A program made the position numbers and the translations under genes. From an uncultured bacterium (lineage in GTDB: Bacteria; Fidelibacterota; Marinisomatia; SCGC-AAA003-L08; JACNLC01): a stretch of DNA of 36,758 nucleotides. Positions 1 through 9,519 of the stretch are shown here, piece by piece. The stretch covers positions 1-36,758 of the forward strand of contig CAZIYQ010000002.1 of NCBI GenBank assembly GCA_964543505.1, written 5' to 3'. The first letter of the stretch is position 1, and each line of letters opens with the position of its first letter. The notes beneath the pieces were generated by a model. That model did no database searches. It was not told where the DNA came from and saw only the letters and a program-made list of their open reading frames with translations.

Positions 1-586
1 TCTCGACAGCCGGATCAAGATGCTGGTAAGTACCGACTGCACCGGAAATTTTTCCCGTCGATATTGTTGATACTGCTGCTTCCCAGCGGGTTATTTGCCG
101 CTTGACCTCTTCACTCCAAAGGGCAAGCTTTAAACCGAAGGTGATCAGTTCGGCATGAATCCCGTGTGTACGGCCAATCTGAAGAGTTGTTTTGTACTTC
201 CGCGCCTGATCGATTAAGGTTTTGTGAAATGACTTCAATCTTTTGAGGATAATCTCGCCCGCCTCTTTACAAAGGAGTGCTAGAGATGTGTCCAGCAGAT
301 CAGAGGACGTCAGACCCTTATGGAGGTAGCGTGATTCGGGACCGATATACTCGGCCATGCAAGTCAGGAAAGCGATGACATCATGATGAGTAGTGGTCTC
401 GATTTCGAGGATTCGTTCAATCTTGAAATCCGCTTTCTCACTACAGACTTTGGCAGCATTAACGGGCACTTCACCACGGTCAGCAAGCACATTGGTGACA
501 GTCAACTCAACCGTTTTCCAAGTCTCGTATTTATTTCGTTCTGACCAGATTCGTCTCATGTCAGGAGTTGTGTAACGATCAATCAT
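1..586 (-). CDS. purB: adenylosuccinate lyase, N-terminal part (gene runs off the window edge)
   Basis: Open-ended frame absent from the ORF track. My translation from the ATG at 586..584 reads MIDRYTTPDMRRIWSERNKYETWKTVELTVTNVLA..., followed by YLHKGLTSSD and IGRTHGIHAELITFGLKLA, typical of PurB/fumarate-lyase superfamily. The ATG overlaps the htrA stop (ATGA). Confidence 0.8.
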   Translation of the reverse strand, partial: MIDRYTTPDMRRIWSERNKYETWKTVELTVTNVLADRGEVPVNAAKVCSEKADFKIERILEIETTTHHDVIAFLTCMAEYIGPESRYLHKGLTSSDLLDTSLALLCKEAGEIILKRLKSFHKTLIDQARKYKTTLQIGRTHGIHAELITFGLKLALWSEEVKRQITRWEAAVSTISTGKISGAVGTYQHLDPAVE

Positions 587-1704
587 TTTCTTTCTGCCAA
601 TTCTAATTGCAAGTTGATTGTATTCCCATCCCTCAATACTGTCAATTCCACAAGATCACCAACTTTGTGGAAGTGTTCATCAATGACTCTGAGAATATCT
701 TCCCGGGAATTAACATCCTGATTTTCTACTTGTAAGATGATGTCACCAATTTGTAATCCGGACTTTTCTCCGGAGGATAATTTCTCTATATCTGTCACAA
801 TAACGCCATTTGCGGTTGGTAATCGTAAGTATTTCTGTAGATAATTATTGATGGCCTGGACTTGTACTCCGGTGACAAAATTTCGTTCTACTTTGCCGTA
901 TTGTTTTAATTCATCCGCAATCGTTTTTACTCTGCTGATGGGTATCGCAAAGCCAATCCCAATAGAGCCGGTGGAATACCCCTGACCTGTCATGATAAAA
1001 GTATTGATTCCAATGACTTCTCCATTTGCATTCACCAAAGGACCGCCGCTGTTACCGGGGTTTATTGAAGCATCAGTCTGGATCATATTCTGATAAACCT
1101 GACCTGACCCCTTCTGGCCAAAATCCAGATGCAAACCACTGACGATTCCTGCCGTTGCAGTGGGCATGTAGCCTACGTTGAAGAGTCCCAGTGGATTGCC
1201 CAGGGCAATGGCCCATTCGCCCACAATTAAGTCATCAGAGTCACCCAGTTCAGCATATTGATGATCCTCCCCTTCGACCTTCAAGAGGGCTATATCTGTC
1301 AACTTGTCGATACCCACCAATTCGCCATTTGACTGATGCCCTCCTGCGAAGGTCACGATAATTTCGTAAGCATCCTCGACAACATGGGCGTTGGTGACGA
1401 TATACCCGTCACTGCTGATTACAACGCCGGATCCGAGGCTTTCCACTTTGTAGGTTCTGGTTTGGGGGAAAAAGTTTCCCCAGAAAGGATCAATTCCAAA
1501 ACTACCGGTTCTTTGTTGTTTGAGCTGTGTAACATTGATACCAACGACAGAGGGACTCACTTTTTCAATTGAAAGCGTGATGGCTGTCTGTCTTGTATTT
1601 TCTAAATCGACCGGAGCACCTGATGTTCGTGAGATGTATGTATAAGACAGTAGGAAGAGCCACATCACGAATACAATGCCAAGAGCTTTTTTGATCATTT
1701 GCAT
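583..1704 (-). CDS. HtrA/DegP-family (S1C) serine protease with one PDZ domain, N-terminal membrane anchor
   Basis: 373 aa. Hydrophobic N-terminus (IVFVMWLFLLSYTYI), catalytic-triad contexts TNAHVV, DIALLKV and GNSGGPL, and a C-terminal PDZ-like segment. ATG start with a GAAGG sequence upstream. Confidence 0.9.
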   Translation of the reverse strand: MQMIKKALGIVFVMWLFLLSYTYISRTSGAPVDLENTRQTAITLSIEKVSPSVVGINVTQLKQQRTGSFGIDPFWGNFFPQTRTYKVESLGSGVVISSDGYIVTNAHVVEDAYEIIVTFAGGHQSNGELVGIDKLTDIALLKVEGEDHQYAELGDSDDLIVGEWAIALGNPLGLFNVGYMPTATAGIVSGLHLDFGQKGSGQVYQNMIQTDASINPGNSGGPLVNANGEVIGINTFIMTGQGYSTGSIGIGFAIPISRVKTIADELKQYGKVERNFVTGVQVQAINNYLQKYLRLPTANGVIVTDIEKLSSGEKSGLQIGDIILQVENQDVNSREDILRVIDEHFHKVGDLVELTVLRDGNTINLQLELAERK

Positions 1705-1759
1705 ACCTTCTTAATATCAATAAATCTCAATGATTTTCGGACAGTCTGCAATGCCGTCA

Positions 1760-2494
1760 TCAATACCGAACTTCCATTAGAGAGAGTCCCTGCGAGGGTG
1801 CGCGAACAACAGTTAATTTCGATTTAACGGCATTAACCATCAGTGTAAAATCCTCAATTTGGTACCTGCCACGCCCCACTTCGATCATCGTTCCCGCCAA
1901 ATAACGCACCATGTGCTGTAAAAACCGATTCGCTGAAATTTTATAAAACAGATGCTCATCTGCTACCTCCCAAGTCGAATCCATTACTCTGCAGATTTTG
2001 TTCGATACTTCGGCTGTTGCTTTACAGAATATGCTAAAATCATGCTCTCCTTTGACAATCTCGGCACAATTTTGTAATTTTTCTATATCGAGCGGATACC
2101 TAACCCACCAAGTGTCTCTTCTGTTAAACACAGAATATTGTCGTACGATATGATAACGGTAATGCCTGCTGATGGCCGAATACCTGGAATGGAATTGATC
2201 ATCTGTGAGAGTACCTTCAATCACACGGATATCTTTTTTTAAATTAGCATTCAGTGCTCTGCACATCGCCTCTGGCTCAAGGCTTGTTTCCAGACTTATG
2301 TTGGCGATCTGCCCCCTTGCATGTACACCACTGTCCGTCCTGCCGGACCCTATCAGTGTGATGGATTGATCGGCAAACATCATCCGCAGAACACCTTCGA
2401 TATCGCCTTGAACGGTTCTTCCATTTTTCTGTATCTGCCAGCCATGGAGATCGGTGCCATCGTATTCAATAATTAGTTTAAAATGTTTCAGCAA
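1760..2494 (-). CDS. truA: tRNA pseudouridine(38-40) synthase
   Basis: 244 aa. IEYDGTDLHGWQ and GSGRTDSGVHA motifs. The start codon at 2494..2492 is TTG and there is no nearby in-frame ATG. Confidence 0.9.
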   Translation of the reverse strand: MLKHFKLIIEYDGTDLHGWQIQKNGRTVQGDIEGVLRMMFADQSITLIGSGRTDSGVHARGQIANISLETSLEPEAMCRALNANLKKDIRVIEGTLTDDQFHSRYSAISRHYRYHIVRQYSVFNRRDTWWVRYPLDIEKLQNCAEIVKGEHDFSIFCKATAEVSNKICRVMDSTWEVADEHLFYKISANRFLQHMVRYLAGTMIEVGRGRYQIEDFTLMVNAVKSKLTVVRAPSQGLSLMEVRY

Positions 2495-2638
2495 CGCTGT
2501 ATTAAAATCGGTTAATTTGCATCGAAAAATGCCGTGGAATTTACCCGTAAATATCGTTACATCGAATGTCTTTTATAGACAGCAAATATTATTTTGGTGG
2601 CAACTATCTGCCAGGGGTTCCTCATTTTTATGGGGCAT

Positions 2639-4363
2639 TTAATAAAGTTTAAGAAGATCAAAGTATTCCAGTGGAATGGACCCAGCCGATAGAATTGTGT
2701 GATGGAAATCACCAATTGAAAAATTGGCAGCGCTCTCCTGTTCAATTTTCGACATAAGCTTCTGAAATTTCATGAACCCTGCAAATGCAGTCGGAGCGTA
2801 ATAAGGTGAATAACTTATAACTTGTAAAAGCGTAGAGGATTCCCGACCCGAAAGGAAACCCTGCGTTTCAAAAAACTTGATAAGCTCCTCTTTTGATTTC
2901 TGATTTGTATAGAATTCGATGGATGCCATTGCCATCAGGTCGATTTTAAGTTTTTGTGCCAGGAATGCAAGATAGTTGAGATAGTTATCTTTTTCAAAAC
3001 CAGCCTCAAGAAATGCCCCCGTGCTATAGATCGGCCACCCGTTCAAATTCGGTAGATCCGGGAAAACAAGCCGCAGAGGTGAAGAGCTTTTAAGATCATA
3101 TTCAAATTTGACCAAAGCTCCGGGATAGGCAGCCATCATTGTCAGGACATCAAGTTTGTAGTCATTAAAGTCATCGTCTAAAAGGTCAATTAGGGGGGTT
3201 TGCCCGGTTCGTTGGGTCAAAGCAACGAAGACTTCGTGTTTGATGGAAGTATATCCTGAACTGCTCAGCCAAATAGGATTCGGATGCAAAATCGCATGGT
3301 CTTCCCAGCGGACCAGCACCGACGTGTTGCCAACATCCACAAAATGATTCACGGTGAGGTTAGATTTGATCTTCTTAATGAATGAACTTGTTTTGGACAA
3401 CAGCACATCCGGATCTGTACTTCGCCGGCTATCTAACTGATGCAGAGACCAGGCAATCACCTGCAAAGTATCCTGCCGTCCCACCCAGACAGGTTCGTCG
3501 TTCTCTTGCAAATAATAGGGATAGGCTAAATTGAACATCTCATTTTGTACAGCCGTAAATCCCCGCTCGCACCTGCTGTGAAGGTTTTCAGCGCTAGTCC
3601 CTTCTTGCAATAATCGGGAGAGTTCACTTTTATAGGACTCTGCTGACGGAAGATTACCACTTTCAGTCTGCATTTTTTCAAGAAAAACGCGATGTTTTTG
3701 CAGTTGTTTTACCGCATCTGAAATCAGAATATCAATCTTGTCGAGGGTAAAATTATCACCCGATAGTTGTAGGGGTAGTTCACTGATCAACTGTTCGTTT
3801 TTCCCCAGCAGGTCAAGTGCTGTTGTCACCAGAAAATCATTTGATTTTTCCAGTACGAATTCTACATCGGTCAGATACCTGCCAAGATCGCCAAGTTTGC
3901 CGATGGCAGCCTTAGTCCTCATTTCCATGGATATTGATTGATCCGTAATGACACCCAAAAAACTATGATAGATTTCCTGCTGATACAGGAGTGGGTTCCA
4001 GCTTTCTTCGAGGTAAGAACTGACTTCGTAGATCAGCCTCTGTATATTCTTGCTCATGATCAAATAATCGATCTCATCATTTTCAGAAAGTTTGGCCCGG
4101 TCAATTTGCGAAAGTTCCAGATCAAATCTTTTCAGATCTGCGAGATGATCCCGTTGATAATCTTTGTCAAAGTGTCGGAAATCTCCATCGAAACCATGGA
4201 TGCCTAAACTCGTGGCAGTAGTGGGATTTCCCTTATAATACCACTGCAGGAAAGCATCACTTAAATCATGAAACGATTTACTTTGATCGTGATGACAGGA
4301 AATAAGGACACAGGCCAAGAGTAAAACTCCCAAAGCAGCGCTGATTCGGTGAAAGAATTTCAT
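2639..4363 (-). CDS. DUF885-family lipoprotein (metallopeptidase-like fold, catalytic motif apparently degenerate)
   Basis: 574 aa. Signal peptide with lipobox LISC (Cys22). The N-terminal region FLQWYYKGNPTTATSLGIHGFDGDF...DEIDYLIM resembles DUF885 proteins. The expected HExxPGHH position reads MAAYPGAL (3113..3136). Confidence 0.7.
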   Translation of the reverse strand: MKFFHRISAALGVLLLACVLISCHHDQSKSFHDLSDAFLQWYYKGNPTTATSLGIHGFDGDFRHFDKDYQRDHLADLKRFDLELSQIDRAKLSENDEIDYLIMSKNIQRLIYEVSSYLEESWNPLLYQQEIYHSFLGVITDQSISMEMRTKAAIGKLGDLGRYLTDVEFVLEKSNDFLVTTALDLLGKNEQLISELPLQLSGDNFTLDKIDILISDAVKQLQKHRVFLEKMQTESGNLPSAESYKSELSRLLQEGTSAENLHSRCERGFTAVQNEMFNLAYPYYLQENDEPVWVGRQDTLQVIAWSLHQLDSRRSTDPDVLLSKTSSFIKKIKSNLTVNHFVDVGNTSVLVRWEDHAILHPNPIWLSSSGYTSIKHEVFVALTQRTGQTPLIDLLDDDFNDYKLDVLTMMAAYPGALVKFEYDLKSSSPLRLVFPDLPNLNGWPIYSTGAFLEAGFEKDNYLNYLAFLAQKLKIDLMAMASIEFYTNQKSKEELIKFFETQGFLSGRESSTLLQVISYSPYYAPTAFAGFMKFQKLMSKIEQESAANFSIGDFHHTILSAGSIPLEYFDLLKLY

Positions 4364-4384
4364 TTGATGCTCATTACCGGCCGG

Positions 4385-5011
4385 TTAATCATCCTTAACA
4401 GAATTTTCGGATTCATCCCTTTCGGACCCAACTTGGATATTGTTCAGTCGCGAGGATAACAGTCCACCTGATATGACCATTTTGAGGCCTTTTTCAATGC
4501 TGATATCGGTCTCTATAACATCTGATTTCTTGACAAATAACATGAAACCCGATGTTGGGTTCGGTGTGGTTGGAACAAAAACATGGTAAAACTCAACACC
4601 TTGTGGATTGACGGATTCTCCCGTTACCATCATGATGGTCCATAAATTCTTCCGGGGATACTCAACGATAACCACTTTCTGAAACGATTTAGAATTTGGG
4701 TTTGCCACACTGGAGGTGATCTGTTTAATTGTTGTGAAAATAATATTTATTATTGGAATTTTCTCAAAGAGCCTGTCAATCCAGTTCAAAATCTGCAGGC
4801 CCAGGGCTTTACGAATAATAAGCCCCAGAATGTAAATAAAAAAAAGTGTGAAAATAAACCCCATTATGGGAGGTAAATACTTATAGATGTGATGATTCCT
4901 GAAGATGAACTCAATCAATCGGACACCGGGTTTTGAAAAGAATTTAAAAAGCCATAGGATAATAATGACCGTGAGCGCAACAGGCAGGATGGCCAATAAT
5001 CCGGCGAACAT
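4385..5011 (-). CDS. DUF502 domain-containing membrane protein
   Basis: 208 aa. Two N-terminal TM segments (GLLAILPVALTVIIILWLF; FIFTLFFIYILGLII) and the family-typical VPTTPNPTSGFMLFV...ISGGL segment. Confidence 0.8.
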   Translation of the reverse strand: MFAGLLAILPVALTVIIILWLFKFFSKPGVRLIEFIFRNHHIYKYLPPIMGFIFTLFFIYILGLIIRKALGLQILNWIDRLFEKIPIINIIFTTIKQITSSVANPNSKSFQKVVIVEYPRKNLWTIMMVTGESVNPQGVEFYHVFVPTTPNPTSGFMLFVKKSDVIETDISIEKGLKMVISGGLLSSRLNNIQVGSERDESENSVKDD

Positions 5012-5095
5012 ATTTTGTTTTAAATGTTTTTTTATTCGATTACCTGGGTATTATCCCTTAATTCATAGCTTGGTTGAATATCAAATTAGGAAACA

Positions 5096-5998
5096 TCAAG
5101 AGATATCCACCTCAAAATCTAAATCCATTTTACGTAACCAGGTCAATTGTCTTTTAGCAAATTGTCTCGTCTTCTGTTTGATTATATCAACTGCTTCCTC
5201 GAGATTCAAATCCCCTTCGATCACTTCAGCTAACTGACGATACCCCACACTCTGCATTGCATGCTGCCGGATGTCGATTCCTATAGTGAGCAATTGGCGA
5301 ACTTCTTCCAGCCACCCCTCTGAAATCATCGTCTCCACTCGCTGATCAATTATTCGATATAGATCCTGGCGGTTACGTTTTAATCCGATGATAAAATATT
5401 TTGAGCGGATGTCCCGGTCCTTCAATTGCTGATCCCTGAACACATCAGTGGGTGCTTTACCGGAGAGACGATATATTTCGTGTGCTCTTGCAATCCGCTT
5501 AATATCGTTAGAATGAATCAGGTTAGCATAATCAGGATCTATTGTGACGAGTTCCTGATACAGTTTTTCAGCACCTTCGTTCTGCATCCTGTCATCAATC
5601 TTTTTGCGGATAGCTGGTATTTCTACCCCATCTTCGATGATACCGTGACAAATTGCCTGTACATACAGCAGAGTCCCGCCACAGAGGAGTGGCATTTTCT
5701 TTTTTGCCCTGATATTTAAGATTGCCTCGTTGACCAACTCCACATAGTCCCCCGCCGTAATGATTTTATCTGCCGGGTACATATTCACCAAGTGATGAGG
5801 AATTCTTTTGGTCTCCGCAGCCGTTGGTTGTGCCGTACCAATTTTAAAACCCCGATAGATTTGGCGAGAATCGATGGAGATGATCTCAGCGGCTATCTGC
5901 TCTGCAAACTGAATTGAAAAGGATGTTTTACCCACTCCGGTCGGTCCGACAATTACCGGTATTTTACTCCCGGGAAGGGCCTGGAGTAAATTAATCAT
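5096..5998 (-). CDS. miaA: tRNA dimethylallyltransferase
   Basis: 300 aa. P-loop GPTGVGKT, IISIDSRQIYRG and GGTLLY motifs. The ATG overlaps the mutL stop (TAATG). Confidence 0.93.
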   Translation of the reverse strand: MINLLQALPGSKIPVIVGPTGVGKTSFSIQFAEQIAAEIISIDSRQIYRGFKIGTAQPTAAETKRIPHHLVNMYPADKIITAGDYVELVNEAILNIRAKKKMPLLCGGTLLYVQAICHGIIEDGVEIPAIRKKIDDRMQNEGAEKLYQELVTIDPDYANLIHSNDIKRIARAHEIYRLSGKAPTDVFRDQQLKDRDIRSKYFIIGLKRNRQDLYRIIDQRVETMISEGWLEEVRQLLTIGIDIRQHAMQSVGYRQLAEVIEGDLNLEEAVDIIKQKTRQFAKRQLTWLRKMDLDFEVDIS

Positions 5999-7800
5999 TA
6001 TATCCTTTCGAAGCGATGGTCCAGTTCGTCAGTCGTAAGATTAACTACAATAGGGCGGCCGTGCGGGCAATAATAGGGATGCTCGGTAGCAAAAAGTTTG
6101 TCCAGCAATGAACGCATCTCCTCCGGCTCAAGTTTATCTCCCGCTTTTATGGCTGCCTTACAAGCGTATGTAGCGGCTATGTAATCCAAAAAGGATGATC
6201 CCAGATCATGTTCTGACATGTATTTGTCCAGAATATCTCGAATTATTTTATCTTCTGCACCCATGTAAATATCGGGAGGTACACCATCGATGATAATCGT
6301 ATTTTTACCAAATTCCCGGAGCCTGAAACCAATTTTTTCAAGATAGGGCACAATCTCAAGAAAACGAGAGAACTCCTCGGGCTGTAGAATTAGTGTTTGT
6401 GGGAAGAGCACAATCTGGGAGGGAAAACCTTTATCTTCCATGGCCTTCTTGGCTGCTTCAAAAAGAATTCTTTCATGCGCAACATGCTGGTCGATTATGA
6501 TCATTCCGCTTTTAACTTCGGTGACAAGATATTTATTATGAAGCTGCCAGATCTTATCGATGACCACAGATTTCTGGAAAGCATTCTCATCCATCATCTG
6601 CTCAATGCGCTGATGAGCCCTCTGTATTTTGTGCTCTGTCAAACTGTGAGCATCCCCATTCCGAACGACTGCTTCATCAGCTGATCGGGGCGCTGCCTCA
6701 ATTGGGTAATCAACAGAAGTTGCACTCCGGTTCGGGAAATTAAAAGAACTCGTGTGAGGAGCATTTGTAGCTCCGGCTTGCTGGCGATTCATAAAATCAA
6801 AGTCCGGGATGGTTGCGAGAATATCCTTCAGTGCCTGTGTTACAGCAGATTTTACGACATAATAGACGCGCCATTCATCCTGAAAACGGACTTCCAATTT
6901 TGCGGGATGAACATTTACGTCAACCAACTCTTCCGGAATGCCGAGATTTAACACGAAAAATGGATATTCTCCGCGGGAAAGGAGTGATTTATAAGATCCA
7001 TAAACGGCTGAGTTCAATAATCTGTCAGTGATGGGTCTGCCGTTTAAAAATAGGAATTGTTCGCCCATCCGCTTTTTCACCAGACTCAAATTACCTATGA
7101 ATCCCTGCACGGAAAATCGGTCTTTAATATCATCTACAGGCAGCAGGGCTTCGGTAAAATATTTGCCGTAAATATCACTAATCCTGTTTTTCAGTGAAGT
7201 AGGTTTTAGACGGAAGACCTCTTTTTGGTCAGCGCAGTAAGTGAAACCAATTTCCGGATGCGAAAGGATAAAATTTCTGACGCGCGAGGTAATGACTCTG
7301 TATTCCGTTTCCTTTTTCTTGAGGAATTTCCGCCGTGCCGGGATATTGTAAAATAAATTCTTTATGGTAATCGAGGTCCCTTTTAGGGCTGCCGCGGGAC
7401 GGAAATACCGTGTCGTCCCACCATCGATAGAGCATTCAAATCCACCGGATTCTCCATTTGCGGTTATGGCAGTTACCTGGGCAACTGAGGCGATACTGGG
7501 GAGTGCTTCACCCCTGAAACCAAGGGATTTGATATGTGTCAGGTCATCCGGAGTAGCAATTTTACTGGTCGCATGCCGTTTAAAACAAAGGTCCAGATCT
7601 CCCTGCCCCATACCGCTGCCATTATCCTTTACCTGGATGGATCCGATTCCACCCCCTTCTATCAGAATATCAATTTGGGTTGCACCGGCATCAATGGAAT
7701 TCTCAATCAGTTCCTTAACTATGGAAGCAGGTCGTTCAATGACTTCCCCCGCGGCGATCTGATTGATCAGGGTCGAGGGTAAAATGTGGATTATCCCCAT
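5998..7800 (-). CDS. mutL: DNA mismatch repair endonuclease MutL
   Basis: 600 aa. GHKL ATPase N-terminus (IAAGEVIERPASIVKELIENSIDAGAT), endonuclease motif DQHVAHERILFE and C-terminal CPHGRP. Confidence 0.95.
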   Translation of the reverse strand: MGIIHILPSTLINQIAAGEVIERPASIVKELIENSIDAGATQIDILIEGGGIGSIQVKDNGSGMGQGDLDLCFKRHATSKIATPDDLTHIKSLGFRGEALPSIASVAQVTAITANGESGGFECSIDGGTTRYFRPAAALKGTSITIKNLFYNIPARRKFLKKKETEYRVITSRVRNFILSHPEIGFTYCADQKEVFRLKPTSLKNRISDIYGKYFTEALLPVDDIKDRFSVQGFIGNLSLVKKRMGEQFLFLNGRPITDRLLNSAVYGSYKSLLSRGEYPFFVLNLGIPEELVDVNVHPAKLEVRFQDEWRVYYVVKSAVTQALKDILATIPDFDFMNRQQAGATNAPHTSSFNFPNRSATSVDYPIEAAPRSADEAVVRNGDAHSLTEHKIQRAHQRIEQMMDENAFQKSVVIDKIWQLHNKYLVTEVKSGMIIIDQHVAHERILFEAAKKAMEDKGFPSQIVLFPQTLILQPEEFSRFLEIVPYLEKIGFRLREFGKNTIIIDGVPPDIYMGAEDKIIRDILDKYMSEHDLGSSFLDYIAATYACKAAIKAGDKLEPEEMRSLLDKLFATEHPYYCPHGRPIVVNLTTDELDHRFERI

Positions 7801-7801
7801 T

Positions 7802-9493
7802 TTATCCTTTCAATTTAGAGCCGACAAAACTCCGCAGGTTTTGCAGATCGGCATCCACTTGATTTAATATTCTCGCTGTGTCAGTACGCATTTTATTGCA
7901 GAAATCGATGTCAGTTATTCCAGGGAGATTGATCAATACATTCAAAGCGGCGCCATGGGCTCCTGCTGCTGCCATCTCTCCGGCGACACCCGCATCAGAG
8001 CTGGAATTAGGATTGCCGAATTCTGCGGCTTCGAGGGCAAGTTTAAAGATTTCACTACAGTATTTTAGTATAGAAAACGGGATTTGGGTCGCTTTCTTTG
8101 TGGCCTTTTGAATGGCCATCTGTTTGGCTTTTTCCAATTCTGCATTACCCGTGCTTAGTCTGAAGGCTGCCATGACTTCATTGAAGGCATCCGTATCCTG
8201 ATCCACCATTTTAAGGAGTTCCTTTTTTAGGCGTTGACCTTCATCTGCCAAAGTGCACATCTGCTCAAATAGGGGTTCCCATTTCTTTTTACCGAAGGTT
8301 AGATTCGCCACCATTGCCGCCAGACCCGCCCCAAGACTGCCGGCTATTGCCGAAACACTGCCTCCACCCGGAGCAGGACTTTCAGACGATAATTCATCCG
8401 CAAAGGCTTTTACAGGCATGGCGACCAGTGGGCCACTACCCCCCGCAACCCGATATTCAACAATCTTCTCGTAGGGATCGAAAGGCGATAGTTCATCCAG
8501 CCCCAGGGATTTGACCGAAATCGACAGAATATCTTTTTCAGGAATACCAGTTGATCGGTGCTGTTTCTGCAAATAATATCTGCCGGCATCCAGTAGGGAT
8601 CTCAGGGGGATCAGTCCCACCAGTTCAGAACCAGTTACCCTGACACCTCGTTTTCTGGCTTGATCTCTGACTTCCTCAAAGGCGATATGCACAGGAGTTA
8701 CGGCGATATTGGTAAGATTCATGGATAGCTGAGCAATGCCATATTCATCAATGTACCAGCCAACAGCTTTAACCGATTTCAGGGTTCCCGGCTGAGTGAG
8801 CGGAATGCCATTATTATCACGGATAAATTTATGTGTTTTAGGGTCTCTACGATTCCTGCCTTGCTCACGAATATCAAGGGCGATATCGCTGGCTATTTTC
8901 TTATCTTTTGTGTTCAGATTTACATTATAGGCTACCAGAAATTGGCGGGCTCCAATAGCTGTAACACCTGTAGTTTCATTCAGCTCTGCAGGACCGAAAT
9001 CAGGTGCCCAATGGGGATCCCTCAATTTTTCACCCATGCCTTCATATTCCCCCGCTCTTATACTGGCGAGATTTGTTCGTTCTGGCTGGGTCGCTGCAAA
9101 TTCGTAGAGAAATACAGGAATATTCAGCTCTTTGCCTACCCGTTCGCCTAATCGCTGAGCATATTTCACGCAATCCTCCATCGTGGCTCCGCTGACAGGA
9201 ACAAAAGGACAGACATCCGTAGCTCCCATTCTGGGGTGTGCACCTTTATGATTTCGCATATCGATGATTGCTGATGCAGTTTTGATGCCCTGGAAAGCTC
9301 CTTCGATAACAGCGTCCGGTTCGCCTACCAGAGTAACCACTGTACGATTTGTATCTGCACCCGGATCTACATCCAGTAGACTTACACCTTCAACGGAACT
9401 GATAGAATCGGTGATCGCCTTGATTTTGACCTTATCCCGACCCTCACTGAAATTGGGTACACATTCAATAATTTTCATTTTATCTCTGTTCAT
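7802..9493 (-). CDS. ftcD: bifunctional glutamate formimidoyltransferase / formimidoyl-THF cyclodeaminase
   Basis: 563 aa. The N-terminus IIECVPNFSEGRD is typical of formiminotransferase. The C-terminal approx. 200 aa carry SPAPGGGSVSAIAGSLGAGLAAMVANLT, typical of the cyclodeaminase domain. The true start could be the second Met (9478). Confidence 0.85.
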   Translation of the reverse strand: MNRDKMKIIECVPNFSEGRDKVKIKAITDSISSVEGVSLLDVDPGADTNRTVVTLVGEPDAVIEGAFQGIKTASAIIDMRNHKGAHPRMGATDVCPFVPVSGATMEDCVKYAQRLGERVGKELNIPVFLYEFAATQPERTNLASIRAGEYEGMGEKLRDPHWAPDFGPAELNETTGVTAIGARQFLVAYNVNLNTKDKKIASDIALDIREQGRNRRDPKTHKFIRDNNGIPLTQPGTLKSVKAVGWYIDEYGIAQLSMNLTNIAVTPVHIAFEEVRDQARKRGVRVTGSELVGLIPLRSLLDAGRYYLQKQHRSTGIPEKDILSISVKSLGLDELSPFDPYEKIVEYRVAGGSGPLVAMPVKAFADELSSESPAPGGGSVSAIAGSLGAGLAAMVANLTFGKKKWEPLFEQMCTLADEGQRLKKELLKMVDQDTDAFNEVMAAFRLSTGNAELEKAKQMAIQKATKKATQIPFSILKYCSEIFKLALEAAEFGNPNSSSDAGVAGEMAAAGAHGAALNVLINLPGITDIDFCNKMRTDTARILNQVDADLQNLRSFVGSKLKG

Positions 9494-9519
9494 ATTTTAT
9501 TCTAAAAACTTTTTCCATA

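Noticed and set aside
2495-2638. 144-nt spacer between the DUF885 gene and truA, including the 62-aa ORFs at 2557..2745 (-) and 2454..2642 (+)
   Set aside because: Both ORFs overlap the ends of real genes and have no SD or recognisable sequence. Only short (4-5 bp) imperfect hairpins are present, so I cannot support a terminator or a small-gene call.
5012-5095. Bulged hairpin GATTACC..GGTATTATC next to a T7 run between miaA and the DUF502 gene, considered as a terminator
   Set aside because: On the transcribed (minus) strand the hairpin is followed by an A-run, not a U-run. The stem is imperfect. The orientation would only fit a plus-strand transcript, and no plus-strand gene exists here.
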